Assembly: GCA_913009875.1 (NCBI GenBank) | Contig: CAJVYS010000003.1 | Coordinates: forward strand, 13,528 to 77,527 | Direction of reading: 5' to 3' | DNA from: an uncultured Gammaproteobacteria bacterium | Lineage (GTDB): Bacteria > Pseudomonadota > Gammaproteobacteria > SZUA-152 | Length of the DNA stretch: 64,000 nt | In this document: positions 51,937 through 60,099 of the stretch, piece after piece | How the letters are laid out: every line of letters starts with the position of its first letter | How positions within the stretch are numbered: position 1 is the first letter of the stretch | The notes under the pieces: model-generated | Seen by the model: the letters and a program-made list of their open reading frames with translations, nothing else | Told to the model about the DNA's origin: nothing | The model's database searches: none | Position numbers and translations under genes: made by a program

Positions 51937-52908
51937 GTGAAGAGATTCAATAATATTCTTTGCGTGGTGACACCAGGGGCGGGATGCAAAACCGCGTTGG
52001 AACGTGCGGTCACGCTGGCTGAAAACAACCAGGCGAGCCTGACGGTTATCGACGTGACCGAGCGCGTAACTGCCGGTATTGGAATGCCGGAAGGCGGTCC
52101 GATCTCTGCAGACCTGCAGGCAGCAATCGTCAGTGCGCGTGAACAGGAACTGGACTCCCTGGTTGAGCCTTACCGCCAGCGGATCAACGTGCAAGCCAGG
52201 GTGTTGATCGGCACACCGTTTTTGGAAATTATTCGAGAGATACTGCGCAACGGGCATGATCTGGTGATCAAAACCGCTGAACGCTGGGATTGGCAGGACC
52301 GCTTATTCGGCAGCAACGATATGCACCTGTTACGTAAGTGTCCATGTCCGATGTGGATCACGCTGCCGGAGGAAAAGCCCAATTACCGCCGGATCATGGC
52401 CGCGGTCGATTTTGACCCGTGGCTGGAGGGTGCCGGGGAGAATGATCTGAACCGGCTAATCCTCGAGCTGGCGAGTTCGATGGCGCTGTCCGATTTCGCT
52501 GAACTGCATGTGGTCCATGCCTGGGAGCCCATGACGGAGACTATGATAAGAGTGTTCAGCAGCGACTTGTCCGAAGAGCAAATCGCTGCCAACGTGAATC
52601 GTGAACGGCGCGACCACCAGGCCCAGCTCGAACGGCTGACCGGCAGGTTGCGCGACTGGATCGGCACAGAGGCTTACGATTATCTGTTACCGAGGCTTTA
52701 TCTCTGCCAGGGCAGCGCACGCAAGGAAATTCCGGCGCAGGCCAGACGGATTGACGCCGATCTTGTCGTCATGGGCACCGTGGCCCGCACTGGTTTGGCC
52801 GGATTCTTTATGGGCAACACTGCGGAAACGATTCTCAACCAGATCGATTGCGCCGTGCTTGCGGTCAAGCCGCCCGGCTTTGTAACGCCGGTCACATTGG
52901 AGGGCTGA
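51937..52908 (+). CDS. Tandem-domain universal stress protein (UspE-like)
   Basis: HDLVIK, DMHLLRKCPCP, DLVVMGTVARTG...GNTAETIL, VLAVKP. Confidence 0.93.
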   Translation: MKRFNNILCVVTPGAGCKTALERAVTLAENNQASLTVIDVTERVTAGIGMPEGGPISADLQAAIVSAREQELDSLVEPYRQRINVQARVLIGTPFLEIIREILRNGHDLVIKTAERWDWQDRLFGSNDMHLLRKCPCPMWITLPEEKPNYRRIMAAVDFDPWLEGAGENDLNRLILELASSMALSDFAELHVVHAWEPMTETMIRVFSSDLSEEQIAANVNRERRDHQAQLERLTGRLRDWIGTEAYDYLLPRLYLCQGSARKEIPAQARRIDADLVVMGTVARTGLAGFFMGNTAETILNQIDCAVLAVKPPGFVTPVTLEG

Positions 52909-52925
52909 ACCCGGGTTGAACACAT

Positions 52926-53204
52926 ATGCAGACCCTTTTCCTCATATTAGCGTTGTTTCTACTGCTGAATCTTGGCGCCGGGATGTGGCGGGTACTTCGT
53001 GGTCCGACCGCCGCCGATCGCATGTTGGCCGCACAGTTATTCGGTACCACGGCGGTGGCCATACTGCTGTTGCTCGCGCAGGTCGATGGCAATGCGGCCC
53101 TGCGCGATGTGGCGTTGGTGTTTGCCCTGTTGGCCGCGGTAACGGCAGTGGCCTTTGTGCGGCGGGCCTGGCCAGACCAGGAAACGGACCATGATGCTGG
53201 GTGA
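52926..53204 (+). CDS. mnhF: Mrp/Mnh antiporter subunit F
   Basis: RGPTAADR, DVALVFALL. Confidence 0.9.
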   Translation: MQTLFLILALFLLLNLGAGMWRVLRGPTAADRMLAAQLFGTTAVAILLLLAQVDGNAALRDVALVFALLAAVTAVAFVRRAWPDQETDHDAG

Positions 53205-53490
53205 TTACCTCACCGTGGTACTGCTGATCGCCGGGAGTATCTTCTTTCTGGCGGGTACCCTGGGCCTGCTGCGATTTCCGGATGTCTATACCCGTCTGCA
53301 TGCATTGACCAAGGCCGACAACGTCGGTCTGGGACTGATGGTGGCCGGGCTCGCCCTGCAGGCGGAATCCTGGACGGTGGTGGGCAAGCTGCTGATGATC
53401 TGGCTGTTGGTACTGCTGGCGGGTGCCAGTGTCGCCCACCTGGTGGCCGCAGCGGCGCGGCAAAGAGGCATCAAGCTGTGGAAACGATGA
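53191..53490 (+). CDS. mnhG: Mrp/Mnh antiporter subunit G
   Basis: GLLRFPDVYTRLHALTK. Confidence 0.92.
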   Translation: MMLGDYLTVVLLIAGSIFFLAGTLGLLRFPDVYTRLHALTKADNVGLGLMVAGLALQAESWTVVGKLLMIWLLVLLAGASVAHLVAAAARQRGIKLWKR

Positions 53491-53627
53491 CGTGCATGGA
53501 CGCACTCGCCGCTCATTGGCATCCATGCCACCACGGCAGGGCCTGCCCCATGAGCGTAGCGAGTGTTTTGGGCATTTGCACATCCCTGTGCATCATTTCG
53601 CGGGCGCATGGAGCGCAGGAGCGATGA
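53487..53627 (+). repeat. ATGA-junction repeat, one 137-bp unit (46-aa mini-ORF)
   Basis: ATGA at both ends (mnhG stop, DUF4040 start); identical to 56506-56646 except one synonymous GAT/GAC change. Confidence 0.92.
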
Positions 53628-53902
53628 GCCTGTTGCAGTCTGCATTCGATGTCCTGCTGGGGTCTGCCTTGTTGTGGCTGGCTTGGCGGGCGCTGGCGAG
53701 CCCGGATTTATTCAGGGCCATTGTGCTGTTCATCGCCTTCGGGCTGTTGATGGCGCTGGCCTGGGTTCGGCTCGACGCGCCGGATATTGCCCTGGCCGAG
53801 GCGGCTATCGGCGCGGGACTGACGGGTGCCCTGCTGCTGGCAGCACTGACAAGGCTCGAGTCTAAGAGTGATACAAAATCAGCCCATGAAAAAGACCAAT
53901 AA
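53624..53902 (+). CDS. DUF4040/MnhB-associated antiporter subunit
   Basis: F..FGLLMALAWVRLDAPDIALAEAAIGAG. Confidence 0.9.
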   Translation: MSLLQSAFDVLLGSALLWLAWRALASPDLFRAIVLFIAFGLLMALAWVRLDAPDIALAEAAIGAGLTGALLLAALTRLESKSDTKSAHEKDQ

Positions 53903-54599
53903 ACCGAAATCCATAACTGAAAACGGTGAAAGAGAGGCACCGTTTCGGTTGCTGCTCGCGGTGCTCCTGTCAGTTCTGGCCGTGGGGTTGGGTTATGCGG
54001 TGCTGTCCCTTCCATCGCAGGCCCCGGGTTTGAGCGACTATGTGGCGGAAAACCTCGAAACCAGCGGTGTCAGTAATCCAGTCACTGCGGTGCTGCTTAA
54101 CTTCCGTGGTTACGATACCTTGCTGGAACTGGGGGTGCTGTTGCTGGCCTTGCTTGGGGTCTGGTCACTCGGTGCTGTACCGAAACGCCACGAGTCATCC
54201 CCTGGGCCGGTGCTGGATATGCTGTCGCGCCTGCTGGTTCCTTTACTGATCCTGGTTGCCGGCTATCTATTATGGGTCGGCGCCCATGCGCCGGGCGGTG
54301 CCTTTCAGGCCGGTTCGCTGCTGGCGGCGGCGGGGGTGTTGCTGTTGCTGACGGGGTGGCGACTCGGCACAGGGTTTTCCGGCCTGCTACTGCGCATTAC
54401 CCTGGTAGCCGGCCTGGGGGTCTTTGTGGTGGTGGGTGTTGTGTTGATACTGGCGGGCGGGCGCCTGCTGGAATACCCCCTGTCATTCGCGGGTGCGCTG
54501 ATACTGCTGATCGAGGCGGCAGCGACTGTGTCCATCGGCGTGACCCTGGCTGCCCTGTTCCTGGGTGGCCGCCCAGAGGCAGGAGCGCAGGAGCGATGA
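53886..54599 (+). CDS. mnhB: Mrp/Mnh antiporter subunit B
   Basis: NPVTAVLLNFRGYDTLLE, GAHAPGGAFQAG. Confidence 0.9.
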   Translation: MKKTNKPKSITENGEREAPFRLLLAVLLSVLAVGLGYAVLSLPSQAPGLSDYVAENLETSGVSNPVTAVLLNFRGYDTLLELGVLLLALLGVWSLGAVPKRHESSPGPVLDMLSRLLVPLLILVAGYLLWVGAHAPGGAFQAGSLLAAAGVLLLLTGWRLGTGFSGLLLRITLVAGLGVFVVVGVVLILAGGRLLEYPLSFAGALILLIEAAATVSIGVTLAALFLGGRPEAGAQER

Positions 54600-54699
54600 C
54601 GTGCATGGATGCACTAAGTTCGCGGGCGCATGGAGCGCAGGAGCGATGACGTGCATGGATGCACTAAGTTCGCGGGCGCATGGAGCGCAGGAGCGATGA
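54596..54699 (+). repeat. ATGA-junction repeat, two tandem 50-bp units (17-aa mini-ORFs)
   Basis: ATGACGTGCATGGATGCACTAAGTTCGCGGGCGCATGGAGCGCAGGAGCG twice, between the mnhB stop and mnhC start. Confidence 0.92.
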
Positions 54700-55004
54700 G
54701 CCCTGCTTTCCTCTATGCACTGGTGGGGGTGGGTCTGTTCACTCTGGGTCTGTACGCCTTGATCGTCCACACGCATTTACTGCGTAAGATCCTGGCCATC
54801 AATGTGATGGCCAGCGGGGTGTTCCTGGTGTTGGTGGCACTGGCGGTCCGTACCCAGGGGGCAGCGCCGGATCCAGTGCCGCACGCCATGGTGATTACCG
54901 GCATCGTGGTTGCCGTATCGGCCACCGCCCTGGCGTTGGCGCTGATGCTGCGGGTACAGGCGGCAACAGGCCGGGCTGAGCTTGCCGAAGAGCCGTTGGA
55001 ATAA
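54696..55004 (+). CDS. mnhC: Mrp/Mnh antiporter subunit C
   Basis: HLLRKILA, DPVPHAMVITGIVV. Confidence 0.92.
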   Translation: MSPAFLYALVGVGLFTLGLYALIVHTHLLRKILAINVMASGVFLVLVALAVRTQGAAPDPVPHAMVITGIVVAVSATALALALMLRVQAATGRAELAEEPLE

Positions 55005-55010
55005 CACTCG

Positions 55011-56459
55011 ATGTCTATGTGGATACCAGGTGTCCACTGGGGGGTGATGGCTATTGTGTTGCCGCTGGCCGGGGCCATAAGCTGTTTCTTGTGGCCGCGA
55101 CGCACCGTCCCGCTGGGTCTGGTTACTGCGCTGGGTATTGTCGCTTGCGTGGCCGGACTGGGCTGGCGGGTGGTGGAGCAGGGTGCGCAACGCTATGCGG
55201 TCGGAGGCTGGGGTGCGCCATTGGGTATCGACCTCTATGCAGATGGTTTGAGTCTGCTGATGCTAATGGTGGCGGCGGTGGTGGGGCTGGGCATCAGCGT
55301 CTATTCCAGCGGCTATTTTAAACCAGACAGGGCGACGCATTTTTGGCCATTGTGGCTGTTTCTGTGGGCCGCGCTGAATGCTTTGTTTCTGTCCGCGGAT
55401 ATCTTCAATCTTTATGTCACCCTGGAACTGCTGGGGCTGGCGGCGGTGGCGTTGGTCGCGTTAGCCGGGGGGGCGGATGCCTTGACCGGGGCCATGCGCT
55501 ACTTGTTGGTCAGTCTGCTGGGTTCGTTGTTCTATCTGCTGGGTGTCGCGCTGCTCTATCACAGTTTTGGCAGCGTCGATATCGCGATATTGGCAGAGCG
55601 GGTGGAACCGTCCCCCGCAGTGTGGGCAGCGATGGGATTGATGAGTGCCGGTTTGCTGCTCAAGACCGCGTTGTTTCCGCTGCACTTCTGGTTGCCGCCA
55701 GCCCATGCCAGTGCCCCGGCGCCAGTGAGCGCGCTGTTGTCAGCACTGGTGGTGAAGGCATCGTTTTATATTCTGCTGCGTCTGTGGCTGGAGATTTTCC
55801 CGCTGACCAACGCCGTGCTTGGTCAGTTGCTGGGTCTGCTCGGCGCGGCCGCTGTGCTCTGGGGCGGGCTTCAGGCGTTACGCCAGACGCGGCTCAAAAT
55901 GTTGATCGCCTATTCGACCGTGGCGCAACTGGGTTATCTGTTTCTGGCTTTTCCGCTGGCGAACATCATCGGTTGGACGGGTGCGCTCTATATGCTGTTA
56001 TCCCACGCCGCGGCCAAGACGGCCATGTTCATGGCGGCCGGCAACATCCTGTATTTCGGCGGACATGATCGCATTGCGGATCTTGATCGTGTCGTGCAGC
56101 GTCTACCCCTGACGATTACCGCCTTTGCCTTGGCGGGTATCAGCATCATGGGCCTGCCGCCCAGTGGCGGATTTATCGCCAAATGGCTGCTGCTGGAGGC
56201 CGCCATCCGTTCCGATCAGTGGTGGTGGGGGATCATCCTGATCCTCGGTGGACTGCTGTCTGCCGCCTGGGTCTTTAAAGTGGTCGGTTATGCCTTTACC
56301 CAGTCCGAGGTACCCCACCAAGCCAGAGCGGTACCTGCCACCATGGAGTGGACCGCGCTGGTCATGGCCGTGGTCGCCATCCTGCTGGGCCTGTTTGCCC
56401 CCTGGCCGCTGGCATTAATGGAAATCGGTTTACCCTTTAGCGGGGAAGATCCCGGATGA
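55011..56459 (+). CDS. mnhD: Mrp/Mnh antiporter subunit D-like (copy 1)
   Basis: DIFNLYVTLE, KTALFPLHFWLP.AH, SALLSALVVK, AYSTVAQ, GLPPSGGFIAK. Confidence 0.88.
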   Translation: MSMWIPGVHWGVMAIVLPLAGAISCFLWPRRTVPLGLVTALGIVACVAGLGWRVVEQGAQRYAVGGWGAPLGIDLYADGLSLLMLMVAAVVGLGISVYSSGYFKPDRATHFWPLWLFLWAALNALFLSADIFNLYVTLELLGLAAVALVALAGGADALTGAMRYLLVSLLGSLFYLLGVALLYHSFGSVDIAILAERVEPSPAVWAAMGLMSAGLLLKTALFPLHFWLPPAHASAPAPVSALLSALVVKASFYILLRLWLEIFPLTNAVLGQLLGLLGAAAVLWGGLQALRQTRLKMLIAYSTVAQLGYLFLAFPLANIIGWTGALYMLLSHAAAKTAMFMAAGNILYFGGHDRIADLDRVVQRLPLTITAFALAGISIMGLPPSGGFIAKWLLLEAAIRSDQWWWGIILILGGLLSAAWVFKVVGYAFTQSEVPHQARAVPATMEWTALVMAVVAILLGLFAPWPLALMEIGLPFSGEDPG

Positions 56460-56747
56460 CGTGCATGGATGCACTAATTTCGCGGGCGCATGGAGCGCAG
56501 GAGCGATGACGTGCATGGATGCACTCGCCGCTCATTGGCATCCATGCCACCACGGCAGGGCCTGCCCCATGAGCGTAGCGAGTGTTTTGGGCATTTGCAC
56601 ATCCCTGTGCATCATTTCGCGGGCGCATGGAGCGCAGGAGCGATGACGTGCATGGATGCACTCGCCGCTCATTGGCATCCATGCCACCACGGCATTTGCA
56701 CATCCCTGTGCATCATTTCGCGGGCGCATGGAGCGCAGGAGCGATGA
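56456..56747 (+). repeat. ATGA-junction repeat, three tandem units (50, 137 and 101 bp)
   Basis: ATGA at 56456, 56506, 56643 and 56744; mini-ORFs of 17, 46 and 34 aa. Confidence 0.92.
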
Positions 56748-58240
56748 GCTGGAATGCCGCGCTGCCGCTACTCGTTCTCGCCAGCTCCCTGTTACCGGGA
56801 CTGGTGATTTTCTTTCTGCCAGAGGAGCGTGTTGCAACCCGTACCACCCTGAACCTGACCGGTGCAGTACTCAAACTGGTGTTGGTCGGGGTGATGATCT
56901 GGGGCGTTTTTCACGGCCACCATTATGAGACCCGTCTGCCCCTGTTACCCGGGCTGGATCTGGTACTGCGTGCCGACCCCCTGTCGATGCTGTTTGTGGT
57001 GCTTTCCAGTGTCCTGTGGCTTGTGACGACCGTTTATGCCATCGGCTACCTGGAGGGCTCGCCTAACCGCAGCCGCTTTTTCGGATTTTTCAGCCTGTGT
57101 GTGACCGCAACGGTCGGTGTGGCGTTGGCCGGCAACCTGATTACCTTTTTGCTGTTTTACGAGCTGCTGACCCTGGCCACCTATCCGCTGATCGTGCACC
57201 GTGGTACCGACGAGGCGCGGCGCGCAGGTCGTACCTACCTGAACTATACGGTTGCAGGCGGCGCCCTGTTGCTGATCGGCACGGTATGGCTGTACACCCT
57301 CACCGGCACCCTGGAGTTCACAGCACGTGGTTTTTTATCCAGCCTGGATGAAACACACTACGGGGTTCTGGTCGTCATATTTGTACTCTTGATCGCTGGT
57401 CTGGGTGTAAAGGCCGCACTGATTCCGCTGCATGGCTGGCTGCCGCAGGCCATGGTGGCGCCCGCACCCGTGAGCGCATTATTGCATGCGGTGGCGGTGG
57501 TGAAGGCGGGTGCCTTCGGTATCGTGCGCGTGGTCCACGATGTCTATGGCATCCAGTTTGCCGCCAGTCTGGGAGTGACATTGCCACTGGCAATAGTGGC
57601 GGCGGCGACCATTATTTATGGTTCGATGCGAGCATTGTTCCAGGATGATCTGAAACGCCGGCTGGCGTTCTCCACGGTCAGCCAGGTTGCCTATATTGTC
57701 CTCGGCATCGCCATCGCCGGCCCGATCGCGACCATCGGCGGCCTGGTCCATCTGGTGCACCAGGGCGTGATGAAAATCACCCTGTTTTTCTGCGCCGGCA
57801 ATCTCGCCGAGACTTTAGGAATTCACAAAGTCAGCGAAATGAACGGGGTCGGACGGCGCATGCCCTGGACCATGGTCGCCTTTACTATCGCTGTCTTTGG
57901 CATGATTGGTGCGCCACCCTTGGCCGGTTTTGTCAGTAAATGGTATCTGGGACTGGGGGCATTGGACGCCGGGCAGAGCTGGGTGATTATTATCCTGGCT
58001 GGTAGTAGCCTGCTCAACGCGGCGTATTTCCTGCCTATTCTGTACGCCGCCTGGTTCAAGGCACCTCCCGATACCTGGCCCGCCGAGCGCTCCTTCGGGC
58101 GGCGTGAGACGGCCTGGACGCTACTGGCGCCCCCGGTGGTGACCGCTTTGCTGACACTGGCTGCGGGGTTGCTGGCATCGGCACCGTTTAGTCCGTTGCA
58201 ATGGGCGCGTTTCATCACGACTCTGGGATACGCATCATGA
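56744..58240 (+). CDS. mnhD: Mrp/Mnh antiporter subunit D-like (copy 2)
   Basis: FYELLT, PLHGWLPQAMVAPAPVSALLHAVAVVKAG, LAFSTVSQ, GFVSKW. Confidence 0.88.
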   Translation: MSWNAALPLLVLASSLLPGLVIFFLPEERVATRTTLNLTGAVLKLVLVGVMIWGVFHGHHYETRLPLLPGLDLVLRADPLSMLFVVLSSVLWLVTTVYAIGYLEGSPNRSRFFGFFSLCVTATVGVALAGNLITFLLFYELLTLATYPLIVHRGTDEARRAGRTYLNYTVAGGALLLIGTVWLYTLTGTLEFTARGFLSSLDETHYGVLVVIFVLLIAGLGVKAALIPLHGWLPQAMVAPAPVSALLHAVAVVKAGAFGIVRVVHDVYGIQFAASLGVTLPLAIVAAATIIYGSMRALFQDDLKRRLAFSTVSQVAYIVLGIAIAGPIATIGGLVHLVHQGVMKITLFFCAGNLAETLGIHKVSEMNGVGRRMPWTMVAFTIAVFGMIGAPPLAGFVSKWYLGLGALDAGQSWVIIILAGSSLLNAAYFLPILYAAWFKAPPDTWPAERSFGRRETAWTLLAPPVVTALLTLAAGLLASAPFSPLQWARFITTLGYAS

Positions 58241-59574
58241 ATACCACACTGAGTGCTATCCTTCTGCTGTCGGTACCTGGATGCCCGTTGTTACTCGCAT
58301 TTCCTGCACTTCGCTCACGCCTTCCTGATCCCTGGTCTTGCCATATCGCCCTTTTGCCCGCGGTTATCCTGTTGGCTGTGCCGACGGTCTTTTCTGTTGA
58401 CTTGCCTTGGCTGCTGTTCGGTACCGGACTGGGTATAGGCGAGGCATCCCGATGGTTGTTAGCGATGTCAGTGGTACTATGGGCTGCCGCCGCGACCCTT
58501 TTACATGCACCCACCGGCCAATCTGCGGACAATCGGCTCACGACCTTTTTTCTGTTGACCCTGGCGGGTAATCTGGGTGCGATTCTGGCGACGGATCTGG
58601 TCGGATTTTTCGCCTTTTCGACCCTGATGGGTTATGGCTTCTATGGCCTGCTGGTTAATGGTGGAAATAAGGCAGCGCGGCGGGCCGGACGCGTCTATCT
58701 CGGTCTCCTTATCCTGGCGGATCTGGCCCTGTTCGAGGCCTTGTTGATCGCGGCTGCAACGACCGGGAATCTGGGCTTTGGAATAGTGCGCCAGGCAGTG
58801 GCCCAGTCAGCTTCCCCAAGTTTGTATCTGTCGATGGTTCTCGTCGGCTTTGCCCTCAAGGCAGGCATCTGGCCGTTGCACTTCTGGTTACTGCCGGCCT
58901 TTCGTTCGGCCCGGCCGGCGGTCGCCCTGCTGCTGGGCGCTGTTCCCGTTGCTATCGGACTGCTTGGAGTCGTGCACTGGTTGCCCCTTGGCGAAATCAC
59001 CTCGCCTGACCTGGGGTTGATCATCCAGGGGCTGGGGGTGGCCGCCATGCTCTATGCCATGGTAGCCGGGCTGATGCGTAGGCAGCTAAAAATGCTACCC
59101 GCCTATGCCGCCATCGTCGCCACGGGATTGTTCGTCACCGTCTTGGGGGCGGGACTGGCCGATCCTGCTGTGTGGCACCGGTACGGAAATCTGGCGCATT
59201 TCTTCATTGTTTCTCTGGGGTTTGGCTTGGCGGCCCTGACCGTCGGCATCGGGTGGCTGGAGGCGAGGAACCCTTATTCTGCTGCGCCTGTAAAGCAAGT
59301 CGACGATTCGACCCCGTGGTTTGAGCGCTGGCCTGACGCAGTGGTGCGTTGGGCCGCGCAGATGGGGTTCGATACCTTACCCCGGTTGCGTGCATCGTGG
59401 CTGGCTAAAGTGGGCCGTCTCTGGCGAGTCCGTGCATGGCAACGAACCTTGGACGGTAGTGAGCGTTTTCTGCAACACTGGACCTTTGCGATCACCCTGT
59501 TTCTCTTGCTGGGAATTGTCGTGGCGCTTGTCGGCGCATCATTTTGGGACAAATCATTGTGGAGCGTTTTTTGA
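58237..59574 (+). CDS. Divergent MrpD/NuoL-like membrane subunit (copy 3)
   Basis: LKAGIWPLHFWL retained, several conserved charged residues apparently lost; plain ATGA overlap without repeat. Confidence 0.72.
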   Translation: MNTTLSAILLLSVPGCPLLLAFPALRSRLPDPWSCHIALLPAVILLAVPTVFSVDLPWLLFGTGLGIGEASRWLLAMSVVLWAAAATLLHAPTGQSADNRLTTFFLLTLAGNLGAILATDLVGFFAFSTLMGYGFYGLLVNGGNKAARRAGRVYLGLLILADLALFEALLIAAATTGNLGFGIVRQAVAQSASPSLYLSMVLVGFALKAGIWPLHFWLLPAFRSARPAVALLLGAVPVAIGLLGVVHWLPLGEITSPDLGLIIQGLGVAAMLYAMVAGLMRRQLKMLPAYAAIVATGLFVTVLGAGLADPAVWHRYGNLAHFFIVSLGFGLAALTVGIGWLEARNPYSAAPVKQVDDSTPWFERWPDAVVRWAAQMGFDTLPRLRASWLAKVGRLWRVRAWQRTLDGSERFLQHWTFAITLFLLLGIVVALVGASFWDKSLWSVF

Positions 59575-59659
59575 TTAACACCAACGCTCGGTTCGCAAGA
59601 GCGACATTCAGAGATAATGGGAGATAACGGGATGAATTTTCAAACACAAAGAAGCGCTG

Positions 59660-60009
59660 CGAAAGTCGCGCAGACGATCCAATGCAGTCGCGTGAGTGAG
59701 CTCACTCATCCGTTTAATGTTGCGGAGTTTCCATTGGATTGCAGGCAATTCCTGGATATGGTCGAAGGGCATCAGGCTCCAGTCGGGCTCGCCTTGCTTA
59801 ATCGACAGCAGGAACTTGCGCTCATTTTCTGTTAGCGCTGTGCGTACCCACGAAAATAGTTGCTTTCGGGCGGCTTCGAGTTCGTCCAGCTCGATTGCAT
59901 GGGCTGTCATGCCCGCAAAGTGGTGAGTGTAGAGCTGTTCAATGGTTTTGGCATTCGGAGCCAACAGTTCTGCCATGGGGCGGTGATGTCCAGTAAGGTA
60001 AACAGCGAA
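59660..60009 (-). pseudogene. 3' fragment of an AbiEii/type IV TA nucleotidyltransferase toxin
   Basis: FAVYLTGHHRPMAELL.P...FAGMT...FLLS.K.GEPDW...LPAIQWKL.N; N-terminus absent. Confidence 0.75.
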
Positions 60010-60099
60010 TCAGCAAATCCACCTGGGCTCGATAGCGTTCGTTGACAGGCATGATGGCTCCTTATTGGTGATTCGTGTCTGCTACGACCAGGATATATT

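Noticed and set aside
56582-56743. N-terminal extensions of MnhD2, MnhC and DUF4040 in the ORF track
   Set aside because: They are translations of the repeat in another open frame; family similarity starts at the ATG of the final ATGA.
53487-56747. mrp junction repeats as a CRISPR array
   Set aside because: There are no unique spacers (inner parts are deletion variants of one sequence), the units are dispersed at gene junctions, and no cas genes are present.
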